From: an uncultured Bifidobacterium sp.
GTDB lineage: Bacteria > Bacteroidota > Bacteroidia > NS11-12g > UBA955
NCBI GenBank assembly: GCA_964654675.1
Contig: CAZZKP010000002.1
Span: 1-37,413 of the forward strand
Length of the DNA: 37,413 bases
Direction of reading: 5' to 3'
In this document: in pieces, positions 7,092-16,934 of the stretch
How the letters are laid out: each line of letters opens with the position of its first letter
How positions within the stretch are numbered: the first letter of the stretch is position 1
Made by a program: the position numbers and the translations under genes
Notes under the pieces: model-generated
Database searches by the model: none
Told to the model about the DNA's origin: nothing
Seen by the model: only the letters and a program-made list of their open reading frames with translations

Positions 7092-9545
7092 ATGGTTGTG
7101 AAATTTCGTAACAGGAAGAGGTCGTTTTTATGTTCGATTCTTCATTGCATTTTGATTTTTTCTCCTTCGATTTTGATATCAAAACCTTCGGCGATATTGA
7201 TGACGGCTCGCTCTCCATATTTTGGTGAGGGCAGGCAGGCGTTGATTAACCACAGTTATGCGAACGAGGGGGAGTTTTTGATTAGGCACATGGATTTGCG
7301 GTTGTGGGTGAATTTCGCTGAAAAAACCATTGAGGGCTGGGTGGAATACGATTTGGTGCATGTGTATTTGCGTGATAACCGAAAGCCAGCTTCGGTGCCT
7401 CCCTATCATTTGAATCCGGTGAGCGGAAACCATATTTTGTTGTTAGACGAACGAGATATTGACATTTTGGGGGTTTACCAAGGCGGTTCCTTAAAGAAAA
7501 TTGTGTCCGCTGCGGCGGATCATGGAGCAGAACAATTGAAGGGATCTGCCAAACCGTTGATTTTCAGAATTGGGATGGGAAATGCGGATACTTTGTTGTA
7601 CGGGAAACCTTTAGAGATTGAGGTACCGAGGTCGGTATCGAAGATTTGGATACACTATCGGACCCGGCCTTCGGCCGGGGCCCTTCAGTGGCTATCACCT
7701 TCCCAAACGTATGATAAAACCCATCCATTTTTATTTAGTCAGAGTCAGGCGATTCTCGCCCGAACTTGGATACCGCTTCAAGACAAACCCAGCGTTCGAT
7801 TTACTTATTCGGCTGAGGTGAGGGTGGTGTGCGGCGCCGAAACAGTTGGAACAAATGGCAATGGGAAAATCGACGCAAATGCGAGTAAAACAGGTGCAGC
7901 AGACTGTATCGGTATACCGGATCTCGCATATGCGACTATCAAACCTACCGATTTCAATGTTGTAATGAGTGCTTTGAAGCTCGGAAACCCTGAGGGTGAT
8001 TTTGAATCTGCATCAAACTGGGGTCCGCGTTGTTGGCCATCAGGGCATCGGATCGCCCTAAATCCGGAGGGTGGTGCAAGTTCAAACAAAGTGCATCGCT
8101 TCGAACAAAAAAAACCCATCCCGAGTTACCTCATGGCCATTGCCGTAGGCTCGTTCGGATACAAATCGCTTGGAAAAACCACAGGTGTCTACGCAGAACA
8201 CAACCTCCTCGAAAAAGCGGCTTGGGAGTTTGCCGACCTTCAAAAAATGGTGGATGCAGCCAGCAAAATGTTTGGTGAATACGCTTGGGGCAATTACAAT
8301 GTCCTTGTGCTGCCGCCCAGTTTTCCGTTTGGGGGCATGGAAAATCCGGTGGTGACCTTTGCCACGCCTACCATCATCGCGGGGGATAGAAGTTTGGTGA
8401 GTTTGCTCGCCCATGAATTGACACACAGTTGGAGCGGAAACCTCGTCACCAATCGCACTTGGGACGATTTTTGGCTCAACGAAGGATTTACGGTATACGT
8501 GGAATCGCGCATCATGGAGCAATTGTATGGGAAAAATTATGCCGATATGCTCCGTGTTTTGGGCAAAGGCGAATTGGATAAAACCCTGTCTTGGATGCGA
8601 TCGGAAAATCCCTCCGACAGTCACCTCCGTCTTCATTTGGGCGATCGCGATCCCGACGAAGGCCTCACCGATATCGCCTATGAAAAAGGTAGGTTTTTCT
8701 TGATGATGTTTGAACAGTTATACGGCCGGAAATCGTTCGACATCTTTTTAAACGGATATTTTAAAAGGCATGCGTTTGGTACCGTAACGACAGATGATTT
8801 TATTGCAGATATCAAGAGGTTTCATCAAGAATTCATCGATGAATATTTAGAAAATGCCGAGGCGAGACCAACCCTTTGGTGTGGAACGGAAAATAAGGAT
8901 GAGGGTCAGTTATGGAATTGGGACAGTCTAGAAAATCGTATGATGGCATGGATTGATGGTCCTGATTTGCCTCCTCTGGGTCGCGGTGGATTTCCCTATG
9001 TAGAGAGTTTGGAATTAAAGCGCGTTGAACAGCAGGTGTTGAATTATTTGGCTAGCGGAGAGCCCTTGCATTCGGGTAGTTCTGTGCCTTGCAATGCATC
9101 GGTGATTGATACCGCAGGATTTACCACCCATCATTGGTTGCATTTGCTCAGAACACTGCATACGAGTGAGGGGGGCAAACCAAACCGCTTGTCGCAGAAA
9201 GAAATGTTGGAACTAGATAAACGTTTTGGATTTACACGCACAGGTAATGCAGAAATAGCGTGTGATTGGTTTATTCTGTCCATTCACAGCGATTACCGTC
9301 CCGCATATCAGGCGATGCACGATTTCTTGCTGAAAGTGGGAAGGCGGAAATTTTTGTTGCCGATCTATGAAGCGCTGTTGGCGCAGTATGTTGTTAAGGA
9401 CAATGTTTACGTGGAGGATTTTGCACGGGGCAAGGAGATGGCGACAGAGATTTTTTTGCAGGCGGAGCCGGGATATCACTCCGTGGCGGCCCGCAGTATC
9501 AGAGAAATGTTGGGGCTTCCGTTAACGGGTGGTTCGGGGCGATGA
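7092..9545 (+). CDS. M1 family zinc aminopeptidase, leukotriene-A4-hydrolase / cold-active aminopeptidase-like
   Basis: It carries the GxMEN exopeptidase motif (FPFGGMENP) and the zinc motif HELTHSWSGN...WLNEGF, plus a helical C-terminal region. The start is ambiguous. ATG 7092 gives a signal-peptide-like N-terminus (MVVKFRNRKRSFLCSILHCILIFS), ATG 7200 is the alternative, and the track start at 7020 is unlikely. Confidence 0.88.
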   Translation: MVVKFRNRKRSFLCSILHCILIFSPSILISKPSAILMTARSPYFGEGRQALINHSYANEGEFLIRHMDLRLWVNFAEKTIEGWVEYDLVHVYLRDNRKPASVPPYHLNPVSGNHILLLDERDIDILGVYQGGSLKKIVSAAADHGAEQLKGSAKPLIFRIGMGNADTLLYGKPLEIEVPRSVSKIWIHYRTRPSAGALQWLSPSQTYDKTHPFLFSQSQAILARTWIPLQDKPSVRFTYSAEVRVVCGAETVGTNGNGKIDANASKTGAADCIGIPDLAYATIKPTDFNVVMSALKLGNPEGDFESASNWGPRCWPSGHRIALNPEGGASSNKVHRFEQKKPIPSYLMAIAVGSFGYKSLGKTTGVYAEHNLLEKAAWEFADLQKMVDAASKMFGEYAWGNYNVLVLPPSFPFGGMENPVVTFATPTIIAGDRSLVSLLAHELTHSWSGNLVTNRTWDDFWLNEGFTVYVESRIMEQLYGKNYADMLRVLGKGELDKTLSWMRSENPSDSHLRLHLGDRDPDEGLTDIAYEKGRFFLMMFEQLYGRKSFDIFLNGYFKRHAFGTVTTDDFIADIKRFHQEFIDEYLENAEARPTLWCGTENKDEGQLWNWDSLENRMMAWIDGPDLPPLGRGGFPYVESLELKRVEQQVLNYLASGEPLHSGSSVPCNASVIDTAGFTTHHWLHLLRTLHTSEGGKPNRLSQKEMLELDKRFGFTRTGNAEIACDWFILSIHSDYRPAYQAMHDFLLKVGRRKFLLPIYEALLAQYVVKDNVYVEDFARGKEMATEIFLQAEPGYHSVAARSIREMLGLPLTGGSGR

Positions 9546-10510
9546 GTGATTTTATCGTTCCACCAATGGCATCGCTGCCACTGAATTTACATCCCGGTTT
9601 ACAGGTGCTTCATTTGCCAGCGGGCGATGTTTGGATTCAGCGCGATGATCTGATACACCCCATTGTTTCAGGCAATAAATGGCGGAAATTGGTTGGACAT
9701 TTGGCACAACTGTCGATGGAGGGGAAACGGGTATTAATCACATTTGGCGGTGCATACAGCAATCATTTGGTGGCCACGGCAGTGGCGGCCCAAGCCTCGG
9801 GTTTGCGATGCATCGGGGTATTGCGTGGTGAGGAAGAGATGAAAAATCATTATTTGGAAATTGCCAGCGGTGCGGGGATGGAATTGTATGGCGTTTCTAG
9901 AGCCCTGTATAGAGATAAAGCAGCTTCCCTAGATCAAATACTTCGCAAATGCGATGTTTCGCCAGAGGAGGTGTTTGTGGTTCCAGAAGGGGGCAGTGGA
10001 CCGCTAGGTTTGTTAGGCTTTAGGGACTTGATCGATGATTGGCAGAAAACCGGAAAACGCATCGAACATGTTTTTCACGCCAGTGCCACAGGGACCACGG
10101 CGGTGGGTCTGCGAAAAGCTCTCGATGAATCGGTAATCAATGATAATCTACCAAAAGAGGTTGTGGTTCATTCGATTCTTGTCCTAAAAAATTCCACGGA
10201 GCAATTGGAATTTGCCCAGTGCCATTCCGCTGACTTGACTTTGGTAGAAGGCTATGAATTTGGGGGATATGCAAAGTCAAACCCAGCGCTGGTCAACTTT
10301 GTACAATCTGTAAGCCTTCGCAACGGCATTGCGTTTGAGCCCATTTATACGGGTAAGGCTCTGTTTGCCTTGAACGATTGGATCATCGCTCAGAAAGGTT
10401 CTACTACTTTGGAATGGGATAAAGAATCGGGCGTGTTTCCTGTCGTTTTTTTACATACAGGTGGCACTTTGAATTACTCGGGTGTTACGTTACCGGTAAT
10501 TGAAAGTTGA
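9542..10510 (+). CDS. PLP-dependent ACC deaminase / D-cysteine desulfhydrase family protein
   Basis: It has the SGNKWRKL PLP-lysine motif and GGAYSNH. Its start overlaps the upstream stop as ATGA (9542-9545). Confidence 0.82.
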   Translation: MSDFIVPPMASLPLNLHPGLQVLHLPAGDVWIQRDDLIHPIVSGNKWRKLVGHLAQLSMEGKRVLITFGGAYSNHLVATAVAAQASGLRCIGVLRGEEEMKNHYLEIASGAGMELYGVSRALYRDKAASLDQILRKCDVSPEEVFVVPEGGSGPLGLLGFRDLIDDWQKTGKRIEHVFHASATGTTAVGLRKALDESVINDNLPKEVVVHSILVLKNSTEQLEFAQCHSADLTLVEGYEFGGYAKSNPALVNFVQSVSLRNGIAFEPIYTGKALFALNDWIIAQKGSTTLEWDKESGVFPVVFLHTGGTLNYSGVTLPVIES

Positions 10511-11268
10511 TAAGTGCGCCCATCATTTAGGTCAACACGAATGAACTTTTTGAAATATCCAAAAGTGCCTTTGGTGGTAAATGCTGCGGTGACTTCACCG
10601 AATTCACCGGGGAGAATTTCGCCTTTGGTGAAATCGGAGATTGTGCAACTACAGCCAGGTTCAACCAAAATAATCTCAATGGGTTTGGGTCCAAGATTTT
10701 CGATTCTGAACTTGGTTCTCGCAGGTTCGGGTGCATTGACGTAGCCAAAGTCGTGGTGGGTTTTAATCCATTGGACTTCTGAGAGGGGGCCCTCACTGTT
10801 GTTCAATCGGATATGAACAGGTTTGTAAATCATGGGTTTGGTTCCAGGCTTCACGATGGGTCGAACGACTTTTAAATTGCCTTGAATAATGAGTTCGACG
10901 ACTTTATCGTCGGGTGTTTCTAAATAGGCTTTTTTGGAAAATGTGCCAGGGGGAATGTTATTGGTATTGAGTACAACCACGATAGAATCGATGGTATTTC
11001 TTGGGACCAATTTTGGAAAAATGGCTTCCACACAGTGGCAATCTGTTTGAACTTGTGCAATGTGGTAATCGTCGAGGGAGTTGTTGCGAATGAGAAAGAC
11101 GACTTCAACCATGTCGCCGAGGTTGGCATTGACTTCCACGATGGTTTTGCCCAACACCTCAACGGGTTTGTAGTTCTTTTCTTGGCCCAGTAAACTGCTT
11201 GTTGAGAACACAAATGCTACAAGAAAGTTCAACAACAAAAAGCGATGAAAAGGCTGTGTGATTTTCAT
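10474..11268 (-). CDS. DUF1573 domain-containing protein (two tandem DUF1573 modules)
   Basis: There is a signal peptide and two modules, each with the characteristic CxC core (TDCHCVEA and PGCSCTISDF). Confidence 0.78.
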   Translation of the reverse strand: MKITQPFHRFLLLNFLVAFVFSTSSLLGQEKNYKPVEVLGKTIVEVNANLGDMVEVVFLIRNNSLDDYHIAQVQTDCHCVEAIFPKLVPRNTIDSIVVVLNTNNIPPGTFSKKAYLETPDDKVVELIIQGNLKVVRPIVKPGTKPMIYKPVHIRLNNSEGPLSEVQWIKTHHDFGYVNAPEPARTKFRIENLGPKPIEIILVEPGCSCTISDFTKGEILPGEFGEVTAAFTTKGTFGYFKKFIRVDLNDGRTYQLSITGNVTPE

Positions 11269-11330
11269 AGGGTGGAGAATTTTGTTTGATGTTGTGCGTG
11301 GCTTCCTACAGGGACTGATTGGGACTTTTT

Positions 11331-11359
11331 GAAAAAAAAGACTGGCCGAAGCCAGTCTT
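11331..11359 (-). terminator. Rho-independent terminator
   Basis: The minus strand reads AAGACTGGC-ttcg-GCCAGTCTT (9-bp stem, 4-nt loop) followed by TTTTTTC. It lies 6 nt downstream of the stop of the 11365-11811 CDS. Confidence 0.75.
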
Positions 11360-11364
11360 ACATA

Positions 11365-11811
11365 TTATCTGATAATTATTGGAGAGCGGGGTTTTTCGGG
11401 TTCTTTTACCACATTACCTGAGATGGTAAGGGTTAGGTCACCCCCATTGCTTTTCACAAAGATGCTTTTGGTAAATGTACCTGGACGACCTTGGCTGTTA
11501 TATTCGGCGGTGATGACTGCGGATTTTCCAGGTTCAAGGGCTTCGCGAGGCCATTTGGGTGTTGTGCAACCGCAGCTGGCTGAAACATTAGATAAGATCA
11601 AGGGTTCTGTACCCGTGTTTACGAATTTAAAGTCGTAGCGTGCAATCTGTCCTTCGATGATATTGCCAAAGCTGTGCGAAGTAGTTTCAAACTTAATACT
11701 CGCATTGCTGCTCTTAACTTTCACATCGTTTGGACTCGTGATTACTTGAGCATTTGCACTGCTGATAAGCAGTGTGCAAAGACCCAATATCCAACCCAAT
11801 GACAACCTCAT
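11365..11811 (-). CDS. DUF1573 domain-containing protein
   Basis: There is a signal peptide and the DUF1573 core FKFVNTGTEPLILSNVSASCGCTTPKWP. It is a clear paralogue of the gene upstream. Confidence 0.85.
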   Translation of the reverse strand: MRLSLGWILGLCTLLISSANAQVITSPNDVKVKSSNASIKFETTSHSFGNIIEGQIARYDFKFVNTGTEPLILSNVSASCGCTTPKWPREALEPGKSAVITAEYNSQGRPGTFTKSIFVKSNGGDLTLTISGNVVKEPEKPRSPIIIR

Positions 11812-12224
11812 TATTTCAATTCGTTACTTTTTCCAGCAGGAGCGGTGTCTGTAGTTACAGTACCACTGATGATTAAATCGGTAGTAGTTCCGTTGTCGAA
11901 CGTTACTTTTACGGATTTTTGGAAGAAACCTGGGCGACCGTCTGTACCATAACTTGCAGTTACCTCACCTGTTTTTCCGGGCATGATTGGAGTTTTGGTG
12001 TAATCAGACGCAGTACAACCACAAGAAGGGTTTGCAGAAGTAATAACGATAGGGGCTTTGGTGGTGTTGGTGAACTTGAAAGTTACATCGGCTTTGGGAC
12101 CCATTTTAATCGTTCCGAAGTCGTGTGATTTCTTTTCCCATTTGATACCACCATCTTCAGTTTGTGCAAAGCTGGTAGTCACGAAAGCCAAAACGGCGGC
12201 CAAAAGAGTAAGTGTTTTTTTCAT
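11811..12224 (-). CDS. DUF1573 domain-containing protein
   Basis: There is a signal peptide and the core FKFTNTTKAPIVITSANPSCGCTASDYTK. Its stop overlaps the next start as TAATG (11809-11813). Confidence 0.85.
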   Translation of the reverse strand: MKKTLTLLAAVLAFVTTSFAQTEDGGIKWEKKSHDFGTIKMGPKADVTFKFTNTTKAPIVITSANPSCGCTASDYTKTPIMPGKTGEVTASYGTDGRPGFFQKSVKVTFDNGTTTDLIISGTVTTDTAPAGKSNELK

Positions 12225-12270
12225 GATTGTTTATTTTTTGTGTACAAAGCAATGTCCGTGCCAAAAATCA

Positions 12271-15015
12271 TCAAAGTTTGCGTTTCACCTCTTCGGTTTT
12301 GAAGATTTCTAGGTAATCACCGACTTCGATATCATTGTAACGGTCTAACTGCAATCCACACTCGTATCCTTTAGACACTTCTTTGACATCGTCTTTAAAG
12401 CGTTTCAGTGAAGACAATTCTCCTGTGTGTATTACAACACCGTCTCTGATTACGCGCAATTTTGCTTTGCGCTCGATGATACCTGAGGTAACATAACAAC
12501 CAGCGATGGTACCCACCTTAGAGATTTTGAACACCTCACGAATTTCCACGTTACCAATGATTTTCTCAACCACTTCAGGACTCAACATGCCTTCCATCGC
12601 CAATTTGATTTCATCGATGGCTTGATAAATTACAGAATAGGTTCTGATATCGATTTCTTCGTTTTCTGCGATTTGTTTGGCTTTTGCGGAAGGACGTACT
12701 TGGAAACCAACGATAATGGCATCGGATGCAGAAGCGAGCAATACATCGCTTTCGGTAATCTGACCTACACCACTGTGAATTACTGTTACAGCAATTTCCT
12801 CTGTTGTCAACTTCATCAATGAATCCGCCAAAGCTTCTACTGAACCGTCCACATCACCTTTCACGATCAACTTCAATTCTTTGAAGTTTCCAATCGCCAA
12901 ACGTCTGCCGATTTCATCCAGTGTGATATGGCGTTTTGTTCTAATTCCTTGTTCGCGAACCAATTGCAAACGCTTGTTTGCCAATGTTTTTGCTTCGCTT
13001 TCGTCGGCAAATACGACATAAGCATCACCCGCTGTAGGTGCATCTGAGAACCCTAACATCTTCACTGGAGTGCTCGGTGGCGCATTGTCGATTTTTCCGC
13101 CTCTTTCATTGTATAATGCACGTACTTTGGCATAGTAAGGTCCAACAACTACGTGGTCTCCCACGCGCAGCGTACCGGTTTGCACCAACATACTACAAAC
13201 AATACCTCTACCTTTTTCTTGGGTGGCTTCGATTACAGTTCCTTTGGCTCTTCTGTTGGGATTGGCCTTAAGATCCATCATTTCGGCTTCCAAAAGTACT
13301 TTTTCGAGAAGTTTGTCTACGTTGAGACCTTTTTTCGCTGAGATTTCTTGACATTGGTATTTACCACCCCAATCTTCAACGAGGATATTCATTGCAGAAA
13401 GTTGTTCGCGAATTTTATCTGAGTTCGCGCCTTCCTTATCAATTTTGTTGAATGCAAACACCATTGGTATGTTTGCGGCTTGTGCGTGGGCAATGGCTTC
13501 ACGTGTTTGCGGCATCACAGAATCGTCTGCAGCAATTACGATGATGGCCATATCTGTAACCTTGGCACCTCTTGCGCGCATCGCGGTGAACGCTTCGTGA
13601 CCGGGTGTATCAAGGAATGTGATTTTCTTGCCGTCTGGTAAAGAAACTTCGTAAGCTCCGATGTGCTGGGTAATTCCCCCTGCTTCACCGGCGATCACAT
13701 TTGCTTTACGGATGTAATCGAGAAGAGATGTTTTACCGTGGTCAACGTGACCCATTACGGTAACAATTGGCGCACGTGGCAACAAGTCCTCTTCATTGTC
13801 CATTTCGTTGTCTGCAGCTTCGATTTGAGATTCTGCATCCACGAATTCTACTTCGAATCCAAAATTGTCCGACACCAGTTGAATGGTTTCTGCATCCAAA
13901 CGCTGGTTGATGGATACCACAATACCCAACATAAAACAGGTGGAAATAACCTGGGTTACATTGATGTTCATCATGGTTGCCAATTCGTTGGCCGTTAAGA
14001 ATTCTGTTACTTTCAGGATTTTACTTTCCTTTTCTTTTCGTAGGTTGGTTTCACGTCGATCGTTGGCACGTACCTCTTTGTTACGGGCTTTGATCTTCTG
14101 CTTCATCCCACGCGTTTTTCCAGCGCTTCCCATCTGACCCATCGTGTTCCGCACTTTTTGTTGTACGGCTTCCTTTGTGATTTCTGCTTTTGGTGCAGGT
14201 CTATTTGGATCTGAAGGTGTTGTACGCGCTGCTATCTGCACTCGTTCTTGCACAGCCACCTTTTCGGTACCTGCTTGCTTGCGTTTGCGCTTGCGTTTTT
14301 CACGTAGTTCATCGCGGGCTTCACCTGCCAACGATTTAACACCGGTAGGTGCGATGGTTGGAAGATTGATTTTGCCTAAAACTTTTGGACCCGACAGGGT
14401 TTCAAATTTGGTATCGATTTTTTCAACTTCGTCATCTTCAGCAGCGTCTACCGCGGGTGCAGTAACAACAGGGGCTTCTATGATTGGTTCTGGTGTTTTT
14501 GTTTCAACCACGGGCGCAGTTGGTGTTTCTGCCACGGGCGCAACGGCGATGGGTTTTTCAACAACTACGGGCTCAGCAACGACATCAACGGCTGGGGCTT
14601 CTTCCTTTTTGGTTGGAGCCTCAACGATTTTCTTTTTGCCAATGTCGATTTTTCCAATAATCTTCGGACCGGCCAATTCTTCCAATTTCGAAGCAATCTT
14701 CTCTTGGGAAATGGGTTCGGGCGTTGTTATTTTGGCTTCTACTTTGGCCAATACCTCCACAGGAGTCGTGGGCTTTGTAGCAACAGGAGCAGCAGGCGCG
14801 GGTTTTGGGTCGCGATGGCTTTTCAACAACTTGGCTTCATCTTTTGCAGCCTTGTCTGCAGAGAATTCCCGAAGCAATGCTTGATACATGTCTTCGGTGA
14901 TTTTGGTTGTTGGCTTGGGCATGACATCGAAGCCTTGCTGATTTAACAAATCGGCAAGTACTTGAAAACTTCGATTCAATTCTGTGGCTACTTTCGCTAA
15001 ACGGTATTCCGCCAT
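12271..15015 (-). CDS. infB: Translation initiation factor IF-2
   Basis: G-domain motifs [16 protein letters not shown] and NKID are present. The N-terminus is IF2_N-like ([14 protein letters not shown]), followed by an Ala/Pro/Val/Glu-rich linker. The track start at 15099 is a TTG sitting inside a hairpin, so ATG 15015 is preferred. Confidence 0.97.
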   Translation of the reverse strand: MAEYRLAKVATELNRSFQVLADLLNQQGFDVMPKPTTKITEDMYQALLREFSADKAAKDEAKLLKSHRDPKPAPAAPVATKPTTPVEVLAKVEAKITTPEPISQEKIASKLEELAGPKIIGKIDIGKKKIVEAPTKKEEAPAVDVVAEPVVVEKPIAVAPVAETPTAPVVETKTPEPIIEAPVVTAPAVDAAEDDEVEKIDTKFETLSGPKVLGKINLPTIAPTGVKSLAGEARDELREKRKRKRKQAGTEKVAVQERVQIAARTTPSDPNRPAPKAEITKEAVQQKVRNTMGQMGSAGKTRGMKQKIKARNKEVRANDRRETNLRKEKESKILKVTEFLTANELATMMNINVTQVISTCFMLGIVVSINQRLDAETIQLVSDNFGFEVEFVDAESQIEAADNEMDNEEDLLPRAPIVTVMGHVDHGKTSLLDYIRKANVIAGEAGGITQHIGAYEVSLPDGKKITFLDTPGHEAFTAMRARGAKVTDMAIIVIAADDSVMPQTREAIAHAQAANIPMVFAFNKIDKEGANSDKIREQLSAMNILVEDWGGKYQCQEISAKKGLNVDKLLEKVLLEAEMMDLKANPNRRAKGTVIEATQEKGRGIVCSMLVQTGTLRVGDHVVVGPYYAKVRALYNERGGKIDNAPPSTPVKMLGFSDAPTAGDAYVVFADESEAKTLANKRLQLVREQGIRTKRHITLDEIGRRLAIGNFKELKLIVKGDVDGSVEALADSLMKLTTEEIAVTVIHSGVGQITESDVLLASASDAIIVGFQVRPSAKAKQIAENEEIDIRTYSVIYQAIDEIKLAMEGMLSPEVVEKIIGNVEIREVFKISKVGTIAGCYVTSGIIERKAKLRVIRDGVVIHTGELSSLKRFKDDVKEVSKGYECGLQLDRYNDIEVGDYLEIFKTEEVKRKL

Positions 15016-15096
15016 ATTTTCTTTCAAAATTAGTTCTATTGACAATAATTCCCAAGGTTTGTGTTTTGAACCAGGTGTTCTCGACGATTTTTTATT

Positions 15097-15131
15097 CAAA
15101 GCCCCGTGACCTTGGGGTACACGGGGCTTTG
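15097..15131 (-). promoter_or_regulatory. Strong hairpin in the nusA-infB spacer
   Basis: CAAAGCCCCGTG pairs with CACGGGGCTTTG (12 bp). An inner ACC/GGT pairing adds 3 bp with one bulged A and a 4-nt loop. No U-tract follows in the sense (minus) direction. Confidence 0.5.
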
Positions 15132-15142
15132 TTCAATTGCAA

Positions 15143-16405
15143 TTAGTCTTCGAATTCTACGCGAAGGATTTTTTGTACTTCGATAATGGTTTCTTCCTCC
15201 AACTCTGTTCTTCTCATCAAATCTTCCACGGTAGCATTGATGACAGATTTCGCGGAATCCAAACCAATTTTCTTGAATTCTTCGATAATCCAGGTGTCGA
15301 TTTCGTCCAAAAATTCGTCCAAATCCACATCATCTTCATCGGAAATTGTGGCGGCCATTCGATATACTTCGATTTGGTAGCCACACAACTTGCCGGCCAA
15401 TTTGATGTTATGTCCACCTTTACCAATGGCCAAAGAAACCTGATCTGCTTCTAAGAAAACATCGGCAGTCTTTTTGTCTTCGTTCAACTCGATGCGCGAA
15501 ATGGCAGCCGGTTGAAGTGCTCTTTGGATGTAAAGATTGGTATTGGTTGTGAAATTGATTACATCGATATTTTCGTTGCGCAATTCCCTTACAATGCCGT
15601 GAATTCGGGCACCTTTTACACCAACACAAGCCCCTACTGGGTCGATACGATCGTCATAACTTTCCACGGCTACTTTCGCACGTTCTCCGGGTTCGCGAAC
15701 TACCTTTTTGATGGTGATTAAACCGTCTAAGATTTCAGGAACTTCCAGTTCGAACAAACGCTCCAAGAATTCTGGTGAAGTACGAGAAAGGACAATTTTT
15801 GGTGAACCTTTGTCCATTTCAACTTCGTGGATAACGGCGCGTAGGGTATCTCCTTTTTTATACATATCACGGGGAATCATGTGGTCTTTTGGAAGAGACA
15901 ACTCGTTGCCTTCATCGTCAAGCACCATGATTTCGCGTTTCCATACGTTATAAACTTCACCGGTAATAATTTCACCGCGTTTGTCTTTGTATTTTTTGAA
16001 CAGTTCGTCTTTTTCGAGTTCGATGATACGACTCATGAGGGCCTGACGAGCATTCAGGATGCTACGACGTCCGAAATCGTCCAAGAAAACTTGCTGAATA
16101 CAATCTTCCCCCACTGCGTAGTCGGGTTCCAATTTTTGGGCATCTTCCAACGCGATTTGAAGGTTTTCGTCCTCTACCTCACCCGCTTCAACAATCAAGC
16201 GAAGGTGATACATCTCGATGTCACCTGTTTCTGTGTTGATGATGATGTCGAAATTGGCATCGTTGCCATATTTCTTTTTGAGAATGTTGCGAAAAACGTC
16301 TTCCAAAACGCGCATCATTGTGGCGCGGTCGATGTTCTTAAACTCCTTAAATTCGGAGAAACTCTCCACAAGGTTGATACCTAGATCTTTTGCCTTGACT
16401 TTCAT
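15143..16405 (-). CDS. nusA: Transcription termination/antitermination factor NusA
   Basis: The 420-aa layout is N-terminal domain, S1 and two KH modules (VGACVGVKGARI, LAIGKGGHNIKLA). It sits between rimP and infB in the canonical order. Confidence 0.97.
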   Translation of the reverse strand: MKVKAKDLGINLVESFSEFKEFKNIDRATMMRVLEDVFRNILKKKYGNDANFDIIINTETGDIEMYHLRLIVEAGEVEDENLQIALEDAQKLEPDYAVGEDCIQQVFLDDFGRRSILNARQALMSRIIELEKDELFKKYKDKRGEIITGEVYNVWKREIMVLDDEGNELSLPKDHMIPRDMYKKGDTLRAVIHEVEMDKGSPKIVLSRTSPEFLERLFELEVPEILDGLITIKKVVREPGERAKVAVESYDDRIDPVGACVGVKGARIHGIVRELRNENIDVINFTTNTNLYIQRALQPAAISRIELNEDKKTADVFLEADQVSLAIGKGGHNIKLAGKLCGYQIEVYRMAATISDEDDVDLDEFLDEIDTWIIEEFKKIGLDSAKSVINATVEDLMRRTELEEETIIEVQKILRVEFED

Positions 16406-16406
16406 A

Positions 16407-16871
16407 TTATTTGAAACTGATTATGATGGTTGCAGATTGAATGTTTTCAAAAGGGACTTCAATGATTTGGGTTATGGCTTTCTTGCCTTTTTCTTTGATC
16501 GTTTGTTCGATGAGGAACACATTATTTTCGTTGATTTCCAACAATTTACCACTCACAGGTCCTTCTGATGTTACAAAATCGAAGGAACGACCAATATGTT
16601 TTCCATACTGTTTGCGATTGGTGAGGGGCCTTTCGGCACCAGGTGAGGAAATTTCGAAAGTAAACGCTTCATCGCTGAGATCTGATTCATCGATTTTCTC
16701 CGAGATATGTCGGGTAAAATCTGTGATTGATTTCATTGATAACGCTTCTTCACTATCCATATAGAACTGAAAAAGTTTGGCCGGACTGATAGAATGTGCT
16801 ACCAAGAACAATCCAAACAGTGGTGCTTCCTGTTCAATTAGGTCGGTTAATTTCTTTGCGAGGTTTGCCAT
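16407..16871 (-). CDS. rimP: Ribosome maturation factor RimP
   Basis: It has the EISSPGAERPL motif, and its stop is 1 nt before the nusA start. ATG 16871 (MANLAKKL) is preferred over the track start at 16937. Confidence 0.9.
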   Translation of the reverse strand: MANLAKKLTDLIEQEAPLFGLFLVAHSISPAKLFQFYMDSEEALSMKSITDFTRHISEKIDESDLSDEAFTFEISSPGAERPLTNRKQYGKHIGRSFDFVTSEGPVSGKLLEINENNVFLIEQTIKEKGKKAITQIIEVPFENIQSATIIISFK

Positions 16872-16878
16872 AGTCAAC

Positions 16879-16909
16879 AAAAAAGGGGACTGCTTTTGGC
16901 TTGTCCCCT
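16879..16909 (-). promoter_or_regulatory. Terminator-like hairpin plus U-tract in the rimP-nusA-infB leader (candidate attenuator)
   Basis: The minus strand reads AGGGGAC-aagccaaaagca-GTCCCCTTTTTT, then 7 nt, then the rimP ATG. Confidence 0.5.
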
Positions 16910-16934
16910 TCCTAAAGTGTATCGGAAAGTGATG

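Noticed and set aside
6940-7218. 92-aa minus-strand ORF upstream of the TBDT
   Set aside because: It spans the TPP riboswitch aptamer and its promoter. The RNA element explains the region far better.
14144-14884. 246-aa ORF antisense to infB
   Set aside because: It lies opposite the Ala/Pro/Val/Glu-rich IF-2 linker. The product is Ser/Thr/Ala/Gly low-complexity sequence with no start context. It is a mirror artefact of the repetitive sense strand.
15016-15099. N-terminal extensions proposed by the ORF track: infB from TTG 15099, rimP from 16937, the 5'-nucleotidase C-domain gene from 34369, the 162-aa gene from 23328, and the M1 peptidase from 7020
   Set aside because: Internal ATGs give canonical N-termini (the IF2_N domain, lipoboxes, signal peptides). 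They also remove overlaps with promoters, hairpins or neighbouring genes.
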